A DNA stretch of 64,000 nucleotides from the NCBI GenBank assembly GCA_028534125.1, contig CM052818.1, positions 30,506,001-30,570,000 on the forward strand, written 5' to 3'. The notes beneath the pieces were generated by a model that did not search any database, was not told the origin of the DNA, and was given only the letters and a program-made list of their open reading frames with translations. The DNA is from Lama glama (Eukaryota). Made by a program: the position numbers and the translations under genes. Within the stretch, counting starts at the first letter, position 1. Each line of letters opens with the position of its first letter. Positions 1-13,690 of the stretch are shown here, one piece after another.

Positions 1-280
1 GTAACCCCACTTCAGACATCCAGAAAGAGCCAACTGTGTACTCCTAACCAGTCATGTATGATGTCCCACTTCTAGCTAGTGCACCTAAACTTCTCCACCG
101 ATAGCTTTCAACTAGGGCTTAAGGCTTCCCTTTTCTCCATGATAAAGCTTTCCCCACTTCTCTGACAGCCTTTGAGTCTCTGCAAAACACAAGGGATGGT
201 GACTGGCTCCTTTGCTACAGCAAGCTCTGAATAAATAGCCTTGCCTGTTCTCATCTGGCTGAGCTTCATTTATTTCCATA
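1..280 (+). mobile_element. 3' part of an ERV1-class LTR (truncated by the window edge)
   Basis: LTR-like 3' end 'gctacagcaagctctgAATAAAtagccttgcctgttctcatctgg...tttatttccata' with a polyA signal. Confidence 0.6.
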
Positions 281-644
281 GCGGACTGTATGTCTGAATA
301 CCACACCTGAAGGGAAATGTACTAATATCATTGCTCATTATGGGGAGCTTATAGACTGCCTAAAGAAATGAAGGGTTAAGTGTAATGAGATAAAGGATTA
401 TGTATAACTGCATGTTACAGAAAACAGAACTCGATTTATTAAAAAAAAAAAAAAGGAGGATAGGGTCTGTTCCTTTCCATGTGCTTTTTTTCAGATCAGT
501 GAGATCAGTGAAGATAACCTTTCTCCTTCACATCTCCTTCTCATGTCTCAGTTATCCAGAGGAGTATGGACTGGGAAGATAAATGGTACCATCCTGCTTG
601 GCTTAAATTAATTATGAATCACATTTCTGGGGCTGGAAGAAACA

Positions 645-990
645 GTCCCATTTACAGTAATAGCAAATACAATAAAATGCCCAGAAATAAGCTTAACGAG
701 AAAAGTACAAGCCCCATGAAAAGAAAATTTTAAATGCTATTGAGGGACACTAAAAAGGAGACTTGAATAAATGGAAATCTGGTGGAGTTTCTTGGATATT
801 AAAACTCAACTTCATTAAGATATAATTTGGTTTTATTTTCTGTTTTTCACAAAGATATAATTTGTAAATTAATCTATGAACTTAATGCAACCCCAGTGAA
901 AATGTCAAAATAATTTTAAAAAGCCATATAAGCTAATTCTAATATTTAGATGGAAAAGGAGACATGCAAAAGTAGCCAGAAAAAAAGTCT
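645..990 (+). mobile_element. Old L1 (L1M-type) ORF2 fragment
   Basis: 'ccatttacagtaatagcaaatacaataaaatgcccagaaataagcttaac...gagacttgaataaatgga' resembles degraded L1 ORF2. Confidence 0.65.
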
Positions 991-1049
991 AAATTTTTAA
1001 TATTATTTGTTAATTACGCTTCAATTTTAAAAATTCTGAAATTTGAAAA

Positions 1050-2115
1050 CTGGCTTTTTCTGCAAAGGTTGAGGAGAAGTTTCTGGGAATCAACAGCATC
1101 TTCACTAGACAATTTGCATCACTATGGAAAAGTACCATTTGCATTTCTATTATTTACCTACAATTTACAGAGTTGTAAAATAGCTCAAAGACATGGAAAG
1201 TCTAAGTTAACCTGGTGACCTAGGCAAAACACACTCTAATCTTTTTCTCTTCATTTCCAAGTTTTTGCAAAAATTTCTGGTAATTTCCTCACCTTGTGAT
1301 CATAATAATGTTGAAAAAAGAGAGAGAAAAATTATCACAAAATAAATCTGACTCATTAGATTTAGCTTGGTTATCATAGGTGAAGCAAGAGTGTTAATTT
1401 GCTATACAGGCCTCCTCAGATTTGCTTTGCCAAATCAAGAGCCATACAGTATTGAAGAGTTACAAAATTAATTTTTATTTGTAAAATTTTGAAAGGAATC
1501 TTAGATTGGAGTTTCAAAAGCCTCTGTTATTTAGAATCTTGAAGCTAGGAAATCAGGGCCATTAAACGCCAACAGATTTCACCCACAGTATCTATAAATT
1601 TGAATTCCTCTCTTCTTGAGGTCCCTCAAATAGCCTAGGGCTCCTGGTCTTATTTATGTCTTGTGTAATTAATCACACAGAACTCTTTAAGACTCTTCAT
1701 TATCTAATTTATCAATATCCTTGGGAGTTAGGAAAACATTATACACTCACAAAGAGAGGTAGAAGACTATCAGAATTATAGACACATAGACATATGGATG
1801 GAAAGCTTAAAGCTTCAATTCTGTAGTTTTAGCCATCAGTCAAGAGTTGACACAGAGATACCAATGCACTCTGGTCTAGATATCAAAGAGCTGTTCTCTT
1901 TCCCAGTGAGCATGAAATTCTTGACTGGTTTGAGCTCAAAATAGGCAAATAGACAAACAAACAAATTCTCTATCTTCTCTAACTCAACAGCAACAACAAA
2001 AAGTATTCCTATGACCTATTAATGCAGTTTGGAGATTGCCAAAATGGTCATACACGAAGCCAAATTCTTAACCTTTCCTAACACAAATGAGGAATACATT
2101 TTATGAGCCATAAAT
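1050..2115. mobile_element. ERV1 internal-sequence fragments (MER4-group-like)
   Basis: Blocks such as 'ggaatcttagattggagtttcaaaagcctc' and 'gaattcctctcttcttgaggtccctcaaatagcctagggctcctgg' resemble recalled MER4-group internal sequences. Confidence 0.5.
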
Positions 2116-2118
2116 GAA

Positions 2119-2145
2119 ACACACACACACACACACACACACACA
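2119..2145. repeat. (CA)n microsatellite
   Basis: About 13 perfect CA units read directly. Confidence 0.95.
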
Positions 2146-2820
2146 ATTAGTAGAAATTTAAAAAACACTAGAGAAGTGGAGAGCCAGCCAAGTGCTATTG
2201 TTGCTTGGCATTCATCTCTGGGAGCAAAGATAACATGTGCCTGGGCTCAAGCTGTCCACTCTGTCAACCCAGCATTTAGCTGGGTAAGAGAGCAGGAAGA
2301 CTAGAGACTAGGGAACCTTGTTTGTTTACTGTACATGGGCCATATAAAAACTGGGGGGGGGGGGTCTGATAAGATAGATACTGTACTTGACCAAACCTAG
2401 CAAAAGTTTTCATATGGGAGTAAAAGATGTCATAGTCTTGTAGCCTGTGGGTCTAGGATGATTATGAAAGTCATAATAAAAAGGAAGAACACAAAGAAAG
2501 AGCAGATATGTGGATAAGATGAAGAGCACACTTTAAACACCTTAAGTTGTCCTGGGACTTTGGTGTATTTCCAGGCTTAGTCAAAGAAGCTACTAGAGCA
2601 GGGAAGGGGGAGATAAAAAAAGAGGGGGGAACTGACAGGGCAAGAGCTCAGCAGAGATGGGATTAAATGGAAGGGTTGGTGTTACAAATAGCTTGGTATG
2701 CTTTTTCTCCGGAAACAAAAGGAACAGTCAGAGGACAGCTTAAGATATGGAAACATTTTGAAAAAGAAGGGAGAGGAATTGAGGAAGTTCACGTAGGATG
2801 ACTTCAAATTCCTTAGGAGA

Positions 2821-3825
2821 CAGAGGTGGATTTACCATGAATTTAATGACACTTAAAGCTTCAGAACCCCTTACTTTCATGGGGTCTTCCCTTTTCTAGC
2901 AGTATGTTCACATATTTTTACAAAATTTGCAGAAGTACAATATTTAAAATGTACTTGATTGAGATTGCTTTCTCTTTCTACTCCAGCTCCCTCTTAGTCA
3001 TACTTTTCCCTCATGTGAATTGGCATTGGAGTGTGGAGGGCATTTTGAGGATCTGGCGATGGGGAAGTAAGTTTGGGATATATTTAATTTGGGCTTAGTG
3101 GGATATGTTTATTTTGTTCTTATTCACTTCTGTATATAGTTAGGTCATTTCTAGCAATCCTGGGGTAGGAATGGCATCCAGGAATACATCTAGCTCACTG
3201 AGCTGATTTAACCTAGCATCATGATGAAGGTATGGGGGCAAAAAGTCATAATCCAACATGAATATTTTCTACAGTGTTTGGCATCAGAAGTATGTGGATA
3301 GTGGGGGAGAAACAAAGTTTGAAAAATAAACTAGTCTATGGAAATTTCTCTTGTATCTTATAGCTTATATATGAAAGAAACTCACTAGAGTTTCTAAATT
3401 TGACAATGATCCTAAAAATTTACCTGACATCACCAGTAACAGAATTAGGAAATCGAAAGAAGTTTTCTAAAATATCAGTTGAAAAAACCCACAAGTTTTG
3501 ATCAACCATGCTAAAGGGAATATAATTACCTTTCTGTTCTTTCTATAAAAAATGGTTTTAGAAAGCCATTATCATATGAAGAGATGATCACAGAATATGC
3601 AGGCAAAAAATTGTAAGAAAAATATAGAGGTATGTCAGGCAGTTAATTACTAAAGACATTATATAATTTTTCTATATATTATAATGACATGGTATTTTCC
3701 ACCTTTAAAAATATGTGCTTTGTGTTATTCTTATGAATAAAAATATTGTATTCATAATTTTATATTCTACTCCGTAAAGAGCTCTTCTCCCCAAATTATA
3801 TAAGCTTCACAGTTCACAAAACCTC
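2821..3825 (+). mobile_element. hAT-Tip100 DNA transposon (Zaphod/MER115-like) with a transposase C-terminal remnant
   Basis: Left end 'cagaggtggatttaccatga...aagcttcagaaccccttact' and right end 'ccaaattatataagcttcacagttcacaaaacctc'. Positions 3391-3470 translate to FLNLTMILKIYLTSPVT.../ERSF, the hAT dimerisation-domain motif. Confidence 0.8.
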
Positions 3826-4937
3826 CTAATAGAATGCCAGGTCATCTGTGTATTTGGGGGGGATGTGGGATTGTGGTGTTTCTACTTGAGGGCTTAAAAG
3901 AGAATGGAAAAAGTCTGGAGTGATGATTGCAGAACTGGGCTGAAGAGTCAACCGAGAAAGAGAGTGGCCCTGGGGCACCAGCTGAGATAACATAGCGTAT
4001 CGTCACTTTTTGATACAGAGAATACTGAACAGGAATCCCTTGTAAGACAGGGTGGCACCATTATAGATTTTTAGTGAGCAGTGAAGATTAGTGTCAGATT
4101 TAAGATTTTAAAAATGGATTTGACAGCTGATAGAATAACTATAGCTAACTCCTCTGGTAGAATCCCATGACTCCTTTAATGATTCACTAACATATGATCC
4201 TGAGATGATCTCATGTTTTATTGGGCTTTTGCCTTGTCTGTTACTGATTTAGCTCTTGTTATTACACTTGCACTTATGGTGTTGGAATTCACAGTGTGAG
4301 AGTCATTCACCATTGGGGTTCCTCTGACGCACTTCTGTGTATGGCCTCCTCCATGGGGCAGGTCTCTTTCTTCTCTTGGTATTATCTGAAGGCAGACGCG
4401 TGGTCTGACCTCAGTTAGTGTTCTTGAAGCAATCTTGGTAGCTGGGGCAGCTTCCCTCTCTTTGGGCAGTGACTCAGCAAATGCTTGGGAGCAGATCAGA
4501 AATGCTGATGCTGGTGAGTAGAGAGGAAGCAGAGAGTAGCTAGGACTTGGCTTCTAGGTAGTCTTTCCATAAGTCTAGGAAACTAACCCAGTAAATGGCC
4601 AAATGGGTAAGTGGTCTTTAAAATGGAGAGGGGAGCTATGGCTTCACCAGTGCACCAATGAATACTGATGACTAAACTCACAGTCCATCCCTATTATTAA
4701 TATATCTCTTGATAAGGTAAGCCCAGTTAATTTAGGATGGCTGGGTTGCAGGGAAAATGATTTAAGTGTTGATTAATTTGATTAGGCTTCCATTCCAATT
4801 CTGCTCATAGTATCTTGTTGTTTTCTTTACCAAAGAGTTCAGAACATAAGCTACTGTCCACAGTAAACAGGCCCATGAAAACTTGAAGAAAAGGAGAGTA
4901 GAGGAAGTGGATTGGATAGATATAGGATAAAGTAATA

Positions 4938-5220
4938 AAAATAATAGTTATGATTTATTCAGAGGTTAATGTATGCCAGACATTGTGATAATTTGCATAC
5001 TCAATATCGAATTTATGAATCGATCAGTCCATCTATCTAATTTTCACTTAATTTTCAGAGTAGCATATGAGGCAGATACTTTTATTATCTCCATTTTACG
5101 TATGAGAAAACTGAGTCTTAGAGAAATTTAGCAACCTGCCAAGGACATACCATTAGCAAATGTCAGAGCCAGGATGTGAAAACAACTATGTCTGACTCCA
5201 AATCTCATGCTCTTTACCCT
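4938..5220 (-). mobile_element. MIR SINE
   Basis: MIR core 'ttattatctccattttacgtatgagaaaactgagtcttagaga...gtctgactccaaa' in antisense. Confidence 0.85.
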
Positions 5221-6756
5221 CATGAAATGCTGAGAGTTTGGTAGATAAAAGTAAGTCTGGGTGGTTGTGGATAGAAAACAGTAGTAGACGTGAAAAAGAG
5301 TAAGTGGTTATCACAGGGATGGAGGTGTCACTTATGGTGACAGTTTGAAACTATATTATAAGTAATTTGTACTACTAATAATTTGTTATTACTAATAATG
5401 GAATGTTTTGAATGACTTACATGAAGACGAGTTAGAGATGATTTAATATCACTCTTACCTGGATTTTGCTATGCTCTTCTTTAAGTGAGAGAGAAAGTAG
5501 TGGAATTACAGATGGGTGTTCCCGCACTAGTGAAGTGATCCCAAGTGTACATTAACGATCTTGGGAGTGAGATAGAAAGGAGGTAAGAATCACTAGACGG
5601 AAGATGTTAAACATGGAATGATGCTGCAGCTCTTGTGTATATTGCTTTCAAGTGTCCTCTCCTTTGGTTCCCAGGCTATTTGAGTAGAGGCAGGGGGATG
5701 TTTATATCAGGAAGCAGTCTTCTATGCAGAAGGTAATTTGGCCTAGGCACAGGGCAGGAACCAAAGTAGATATGGAGGGCAGAAGTGACCAGGGCAAAGC
5801 TGATGCTCATTAAGCTGTCATTTAGCTTTTCCCAGCTTTAGCTCCCCTGTCTGGAAAGTGAGGTTGTAGCATGTGTATACCTACCGCACCAACTTACCGT
5901 GAGACCCAAGGGAGATTGTGACTCTAGCTGTGCTTACTATTTTGAGAGATCTGGTAGCAAGCAAGACCTTTAGTTTCAGTGGGCTAAAGATCCTAGAAAA
6001 TGGCATCCTAACAGCCCTCAACTCTGAAGTCTTCCTCCATTCCTCCCCCACACAGACACACACACTCTCCGTGAACCCTTCACCCCTCCACCGCTCAAGT
6101 CTCTGCTTCCTAAGTGCTCCAACACACGACGTTCTAAACAAAAAGAATTAGGAAAACTTAGACGGGGTGAGACCCCTGACAAAGCTGGGGCCCATTTTTG
6201 GTAACATGTTGATAGGATGTTTGAGAATTAGTTCTGAAACTCATTACTTTTCCCCTAAATGGATTTTTCCTGGAAGGCCATAAAAATAGAACGGATTAAA
6301 ATTTTTACTAGGTTGATCAGGTTACACACATCCTCTGGCCTGATACATCACAAACAAGAAAATAATAAAAGGCATTTAAACAGAGATTTTTTGCCAGAGG
6401 TCTTCTCAACACATCATAAAACATTAGGAGATGACAAGTAAGAGATTGGAATCAGTCGTGCCTATAAACTAGCACTCACCCACAGCCTGTGCATTCAGGG
6501 TGGGAGAAGACTTGAAGGCCATGAAGGGTTGCATAAACAGCTCTTTCGAGCCAGCGAGAGTGCACTCTGGGCCTGGCTTCCCCCCTCAGCCTGTTTGGCT
6601 GTTCCAGTGCCTCCTACCAAGGAAAACTGGAGCCGATTTTGCTCGTGGCTGCTCTGACCAGCAACTTGAGGCTTCATCTGTTCCTGACACCGAGGGCATC
6701 CAAAATGCTGGGCATGACATGTTACCCAGTGCCTAAAGCTTTTAATTGTTTACTAG

Positions 6757-6850
6757 TATTTATTTATTGAAGTATAGCCAGTTTACATCATGGTGTCAAT
6801 TTCTGGTGTACAGTAGAATGTTTCACCCTTACGTGCACATACATATGTTC
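6757..6850 (-). mobile_element. Short L1 3' tail (camelid/artiodactyl type)
   Basis: 'tttattgaagtatagccagtttaca...tcaatttctggtgtacag' is an antisense L1 3' terminus. Confidence 0.75.
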
Positions 6851-7049
6851 CCAGACAAGGCTAGAAGAATGATGTTATCAGTAGAAATGGTGATTTCCTT
6901 TGGAGGAAGTTGAAAAGTTCAGAGTGTGACAACATCTCAGACGTCAGCTGACATTTGTTGACTCTTGTTTACAGTCCATCCCCTGAAACTGACTGGGGAG
7001 CTAGAATGGAGAGTGATTCTCCTACCCCAACGCAACACTCTACTTTGCC

Positions 7050-7480
7050 TGTATTTCATCACAGAATTTACCATTGACTTGTCTCCCCCATCTAGACTGT
7101 AAATCGTCTAAGTGCCTATATTAGGGTTCAATAAATGTTTGCCTTTACATTCTCCACCTGACTAGGCTTATTAATTCAACTAATATTAAAAAATCATCTT
7201 TTTATTGATATAATTTCATCCCAAATTGTATGATCCCTCCTTGGCAACTATCTTCTTGATATATTCTCACAGAACCTTTCTTTCCTTTCCATGACCCGGA
7301 CATTCAATTTACGATCAAGGCCATCTTCAGATAATTAAAATGTTCCATGTTGCTTCATTGCCTTAGTCTGGGTCACCATCATCGCTCACCTAGACACAAA
7401 ACAGACTCCCAATGGCCTCCTTGTCTGCTTTCTTGTTCCTACCAACTCATTCTCCTGTTTTCCACACAATAGTCTTCTTT
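7050..7480 (+). mobile_element. L2 fragments
   Basis: 'tctccccca tctagactgtaa...tcaataaatgttt' and 'ccttagtctgggtcaccatcatcgctcacctagac...aatggcctcc'. Confidence 0.55.
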
Positions 7481-7571
7481 TTCCTGCATCCATACCCCCA
7501 TCTACTTCTTACCTTTCCTGTGTTAGTTTTAAACAATTCTCAGACATCTTGATACTTACATTCATAACTAC

Positions 7572-7666
7572 TATATTATATATATGTGTATAGTATAATA
7601 TACACATATTATATATGTACATATGTATATATACATGTGTGTGTGTACACACACAGATACACACAA
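7572..7666. repeat. Mixed (TA)n/(TG)n/(CA)n low-complexity tract
   Basis: Read directly. Confidence 0.8.
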
Positions 7667-7669
7667 CCT

Positions 7670-8280
7670 TTTTGCTAGATATAACCACAATGGTATTATT
7701 ATATTTAAAAATGTAATAATATTTAAAGATATCACCAAATATTTTTGAGTCAGTATTCAAATTCTCAATTGTATCATAAATTTCATAGTTTCAATAGTTT
7801 TTAAAATAGCAAGATTCAAATTAGATCTGTGCATTGTGATTCTTTCATATGTCTCATAGATATATTTTAATTTCTCAGTCTCCTAACCTTCCTTTTTTCC
7901 CGTGCAATTTATTTGTTAAAGAAACCAAACTGTTTCTCATGAGCATCTCACAGTCTAGATTTTGATAATTGCATCTTTATGGTACATTTTAACATGTCCC
8001 TTTGTCCTTAGCATTTCTTGTGGATAGATTGGTAGATGGATTTAGAGGCTTGATTAAATTCAGGTTTGGTGGGGTTTTTTTCCTCAGGTGTCATGTTTTT
8101 CTATTAGAAGGCTTGTAATGTCTGGTTATCTCTCTTTTTGTGGTCTTAGCAGCTATCAGTTCAGTACTTAGATTCAATACTTCACTAGACGTATTTTAAA
8201 AATGATGTTCAAAATTTGTCATTCTTTTTTCATTAATTAGCTGGGCCTCATCTATAAAGAGAAATAGCCTCTTTACTATT
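7670..8280 (-). mobile_element. Old L1 (L1MC-like) 3' region
   Basis: 'tttatttgttaaagaaacca...cacagtctagattttgataattgcatc' is typical of the antisense L1MC 3' end. Confidence 0.65.
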
Positions 8281-8299
8281 GGGAGAGCAGTGCTACTAA

Positions 8300-9040
8300 A
8301 ATGGAAAGGAATTCTCTGGATTTAGTAACAGCATTCCCTCTGAAGACAACTAAAAAAGCTGGACAGAAAAAAAAAGTCTTAATAGTAATAGTGAGGAAAA
8401 AATGATAGTCAATAATTATGGGGTTGTGATCAACTTGAGAAAGTCAGTGCAGAGAGATAAGCCTCAGCTGCTTCTGCCCTGGAGGTGTTCACTGAGTGGG
8501 ACAAAGCCACACTTTTGGCAGGTTAGTGTAGGGAGGAGTTGGAATCAGGAGGTGAGGCTCCTGCACCATTTAAAAGGAGAGCTGCACCATTCAGAAATGT
8601 TTTCACTCTGGAGGCATACACCCATTTCAGGGGAAAGAATGAGAGGTAGAACTACATCTTGGCAGAGACAAGGATTGGAGTCCAGCACAGTCCAAGGGAG
8701 GAAAAACATTGGAACAGTCCCTGTGCAGGACTATACTTCAGTAGGTCATCTTGGTGACTCAGTAGAAGGGGGAAAAAAATCTCTTCTGAAGGAAGGTAAC
8801 ACCAACTAAGGCCTCAGATTACTTCTGTAAGTAATTAAAAGTGAAATGGCCTGGAAACAATAAGATACACCAAGAGATAAAACAATATAAGCCAGAACCA
8901 GCAGAAAAAGTAGATCCACAGAGACATCAGATACTGGAATCATCAGACATGGACGATAGAACTACTCTGCTTACTAAATTCATGGAGGTCAATTTGGTGC
9001 TTTAAAATCTTCAGCAGAGAACTAGAACCTATAAAGAATG
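8300..9040 (+). mobile_element. Ancient L1 5'/ORF1-region fragment (L1M/HAL1-like)
   Basis: 'ccctctgaagacaactaaaaaagctggaca' and 'gatccacagagacatcagatactggaatcatcagacatggac' resemble old L1 5'/ORF1 sequence. Confidence 0.55.
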
Positions 9041-9049
9041 ACACAATGT

Positions 9050-10500
9050 TTTCCCCCTAATGTCAGAAACAAGAAAAGGATATTTGCTCTTGTCACGTCT
9101 ATTTGTCATTGTACTGAAGGTTCTAGCAAGGACAATTAGGAAAAATAAATAAATAAAAGACACACAGATTGGAAAGGAAGAAATAAAACTCCCTCTCTTC
9201 ACAGATGACGTCATCTTCTGTAGAGAACCTCCTGAAGACCCCACTACAGACCTCTTAGGAACAGTAAACACGTTCAGCAAGGCTGCAGGATATTAGATCA
9301 ATACACAAAGAGAACTTGCATTTTCATGTACGAACATGAGCATTTTGAAAATGAAATTGAGAAAACAATTCAACTTACAATGGCATACAAAAGAAGAAAA
9401 TACTTGAATATGAATTTAACAAAAGAAGTACAAGATTTGTACACTGAAAACTCAAAGAACTGGTGGAAGAAATGAAAGAAGATCTAAATAAATAAAAAAA
9501 AATACATGTTCATGGATTGGAATACATAATGTTGTCAGGATGGCAATATTCCCCAAATTTATGTACAGATTCAAAGCAATCCCTATCAAAATCCTGACTG
9601 ATTTTTTTCCATAATGGGACAAGTTGATATTAAAATTTATTTGAGTATACAAGGAAATTAGAATAGCCAAAACAACCTTGAAAAAAAAAAACCAAAGTTG
9701 TAGGACTCACAGTTTCTGATTTGAAAACTTACTACAAAGGTATAGTAGTCAAGACAGTGTGGTACTGGCAAAGGATAGACATATAGACAAATGGAATAGA
9801 ATTGAAAAACAGCAATAATGCCTTATATTGTGGTAATGTGACTTTTGATAAGAGTGTCAAGACTATTCAATGATAAAAAATTTCAAAATGTATTTCTGGG
9901 ACAATTGCAAAAGAATAAATTTGAACCCTTACCACAAAATTAACTCAAAATGGATCATAAACCTCACTATAAGGGCTAAAACTATAAAACGCTTAGAAAT
10001 AATAGAAATAAATCTTCATTGTCTTGGATTAAGCAATGGTTTCTCAGATGTGTCACCAAAAGCACAGGTAACAAGAGAAAAAAATAGACAAATTGGACCT
10101 CATCCAAATAAAAAACTTCTATGCTAAAAGCAATCCAATCACAAAAGTGAAAAGACAGTCCATGGAATGAGAGAAAACATGTGCAGTTTATATATCTGAT
10201 AAGGGATCGGTATCTAGAATATATAAAGAGTTCATTCAACTCAGTAATAAAAAGACAAATAATTCAATTTAAAAATGGGCCAAGAATTTGAGTAGACATT
10301 TCTATAAAGAAGATATACAGATGATCAAAAAACACACGAAAAGATGTTCACTAGATTAGTCATTGGGGAAATGCAAGTCAAAAGCACAAGATTTCACTTC
10401 ACAACCTCTAGGATGGTTATAATAAGACTGGAGGATAATGAGGCTTGGAGAGGATATGGAGAAATTGGAATTCTCAATACACTGCTGACGGAAATGTAAT
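9050..10500 (+). mobile_element. L1 ORF2 (RT C-terminal region) remnant
   Basis: Colinear degraded ORF2, e.g. the ORF at 9870-10127 (NLNPYHKINSKWIINL...). Many stops and frameshifts. Confidence 0.9.
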
Positions 10501-11320
10501 TACTTCCAACAGACACACACTAAAGAAAAATTTAAAGAATGTTCTTTACGAAGGAAAATGATGTCAGAAGGAGGCTCTGTGATATAGCAAGGAGAGGAGA
10601 GGCAAGAAGGTGGTAAATATGTACGTGAGTCTAAATGATTATTAACCATGTAAAGCAACAGTAACAACAATATCTTGCGAGGTTTTAAAACTATATGCAA
10701 TCAAAATGACAGCATTACATGTAATTTGGTGGGGGAAGAAGAGGTAGTTAAGGTACTCCAAGTTTCTTGCATTTTTTTCAGGGGGAGGGCAAAAGTAAAG
10801 ATTACTATCAGAATTTGATACCTCAAAGATGCACTGGGATAATCATTAAGAGAGTGGAAAAAGTATGTGCAACTTCCAAGCTAACAGATGGAAAAGATAG
10901 AATGATTAAAAAAAACCCAAAACAGTCAATCTAAAGGAAGGCATGAAAGGAGAAGAAAAAGAACATAGAGCACGTGGCTCAAAGAGAAGAAAATAATAAG
11001 ATGATAGATTTAAATTCAAATGTATCCGTAATTTCATTAAATGTAAAACCAGGTGCTCCAGTTAAAAGATAGAGATTTTTTAAGGTAGAATTTGAAAAAT
11101 ACTTATTATAGGCTGTTTATAAGAAAAATATTAAAAATATAAGGTTTCAAAAAGGTTGAAAGTTAAAGAATGAAAGATACCATGAAAAAACTAAAAGAAA
11201 ACTGGTGTGGTTACTGTCATACAAGTAGACTTTAAGTTAAAGCATTATTAGAGTGTGTCACTTCATGATAAAAGGTGCAAACAACTAGAAAGATTTAATA
11301 ATTCTAAAATTTTAGTTCCT
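10500..11320 (+). mobile_element. Old L1 inter-ORF region and ORF2 endonuclease start
   Basis: 'aagatgatagatttaaattcaaatgtatccgtaatttcattaaatgtaaa...ctccagttaaaagatagagatt' matches the start of the L1 EN domain. Confidence 0.75.
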
Positions 11321-11449
11321 GTAAGCTTTTACAAATTTGTACTTTATGTGATATCTTTTCTCATTCTAAATAAACTTACTTTTGTATCTAATATTGTACT
11401 CAAAATTCTGTATTATTTTTCTTAAAGAGTTCTCCTTACTGCCTAGTTC

Positions 11450-11860
11450 CTTGGTTGTATGTCTCTGCCTTACTCACTGTGCTTCAGTCTCTCTGGCCTC
11501 CTTTGAATTCCTGGAATGCATAAAGTCTCAGGGCCTTTGCACATACCTGGAATCCTTTCTCCTCCTCATCCCTTAGATCTCAATTCAAGTGACACCTCTC
11601 AGAGCTGACTCTCTGACTCCCAACATAGATTGCAAGCCGCCATTATTTTCCATCTCAACCCTGTTTTTCTTGCTGGTACTTATTATGATTTTAAATTATT
11701 TTGTTTTAATTATTTGTTTCCTTTCTCTGAAGGGTTGCAGGGAAGAACCTACCTTCAGTTCTAGAATGTAAGCCCTACAAGGGCACTAATCATGTCTTGC
11801 TTACCATTGTATTTTTAGGATGTATACAGTGTTAAATGAAATAATGTGAAAGTGTGAATG
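11450..11860 (+). mobile_element. L2 3' end
   Basis: 'ctcagggcctttgcacat...ctagaatgtaagccctacaagggca...tgtcttgcttaccattgta'. Confidence 0.8.
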
Positions 11861-12369
11861 AAGGAGAAAGGAGTAAGGGATGTTGTGGACCTAGCATGCA
11901 TCTGCTCAGGGGAGATCTAAGCAGAGGGGATGAGTCTGGGACCAGAGTAGAAGGCCTAGTCTTAAGTAAGAGGTTACTCTAGGTAGGGGAACCAGGAAGC
12001 CATGGAGATCCAGCCGAAGAAGATGATCTCATCCATGCCCAGGGCCGATCCTGGGCTGCACAGCCCAGAAAAAGAGAAAGAGAAGCAGGATGAGCCCCAT
12101 CCAGGGGCCAGATGTGACACTGCCTACGGTTGTTGCTGTTCTCCATCAGTGGGTATTTCCATTCCTGTCCTTAAAGTGACACGAGCCACGTTCTGAGAGC
12201 TCTGATTAAAAGCAACGTCCTCCTGTTTTCTCCAGCACCAATATTCACCTGGTCATCATCTGTAAAACACACTACTTGGACAAAATAATCTGCAAGGAAT
12301 TTTCCAGGTCTAAGAGTTTATTTTCTCTGCATCCCTCCCACCCCGCCACCCCAGATCCTCATCCTCACC

Positions 12370-12870
12370 CTCCCAGCCACGTAGGCTGGAAACCTTAAGT
12401 CATTCTTGATGTTTCCCTCTCTCCCATCATCCTTCTCAAGTTTTGATGATGAATCAGTCTCTTTTCAATTTCTTTTGTAGTGTCCCCAGCCCAGACAGCC
12501 TCACTTCCTACTTTCTAACTAGTCTATCTGGTTCCAGTGCAGTCCTCTGACCTTCCTCGGTATCTGATTTATCTTTCAATCACCATCTTGTTCAAGTCAT
12601 CCCAATAGTAAAACGCTTTTAAGAGCACTTCAGTGTCCTGGACAGAGTCTGAACTCTGATCTTTAAGGACTCCCAACCTGTTCTTTGAGCCTTATCTCCC
12701 ACAGATTCCCTGAAAGAAAATTCTGCCCCCTCCAAACTGGTTGAATTACTGTTTTCCCCAACATATCATGTTCCTTTTGATTGTCATAGTTTTGCTAATT
12801 GCCTCCTTCCTCCTTGGAATGCCCTATTCATACTCATCCCTTAGAGATCTAGTCAAGTCCTATCTTCTTA
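12370..12870 (+). mobile_element. L2 fragment
   Basis: 'ggctggaaaccttaagtcattcttgatgtttccctctc...ccttggaatgccc'. Confidence 0.65.
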
Positions 12871-13089
12871 AATAATACTTTAAAAAAATATTCCATACTG
12901 ATGTGACATGGATTATTCATATGGTCCTTGATACAGGTTACTCTCTTGAGTTTACACACATCTAACCTCAAGTTCCTCTTCTATAAAATAAAACAATTAG
13001 AGAGATGATCTTTAAATTTCCTCCAAAAATAATAGTCACTAGTTTGCAGATTTCTTTGTGTATATGACTTCTTCTTCATAATGACTGCA

Positions 13090-13690
13090 ATGCCTTTCAG
13101 TTTGCCAAATATTCTTAAGACTCTGCTATGTATCAAAATCTGTATTAGGCCCTGTGAGAAGTGAAAAGGTGGAAAACAGAGTCTCAGGCTTTCATGATTA
13201 TGTGCATGTACGTGGGAGGATGGGGGAGGACACAGAGGGAAACAGAGACAGCTCTACTCATAAGAAACTATGATATAAGGCAAATTAAGAGAGGTGCTAT
13301 TGAGGAATGATAAAATGGGATGGGAGAGGGGAGAAGGAGAGATTGGTTTTGACTGGGAGCATCTGGAGAAACCCTGAAGCCAAGATATGATGAAGTTAGA
13401 CTTCGGCTGATGAATCAGACTTTAAGACTAGATGAGTAGACGTGGAGTTTTGAGGAGGGAGAATGAAGAAAAGGCAATAGTAGGGGTATGAGCATGGAGA
13501 TGGGCAAAAGCAGGGAGGGTCCCAGAAGTGGTCTGGACTTCAGTATGGCCAAACCATGGGGGATGGGGAGCATTCTTCTTCAAGATAAGGTTGTGGAAGG
13601 CCTTGCATCCCAGACTAAGACATTTGTATTTTATTCTTTGTGGTATTATTGAAGATTTATTGAGCAGACCATGACATGATTATTAATTTC
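13090..13690 (-). mobile_element. L2 fragment (antisense)
   Basis: 'gtggaaggccttgcatcccagactaagacatttgtattttattct' within a purine-rich antisense L2 context. Confidence 0.65.

Noticed and set aside
6557..6568. 12-bp palindrome AGAGTGCACTCT containing MRE cores on both strands
   Set aside because: A single isolated site without a GC-rich MRE flank. Such 7-mers are expected by chance in 64 kb.
8402..8809. 135-aa ATG ORF
   Set aside because: It lies within old L1-like 5' sequence and has no recognisable homology.
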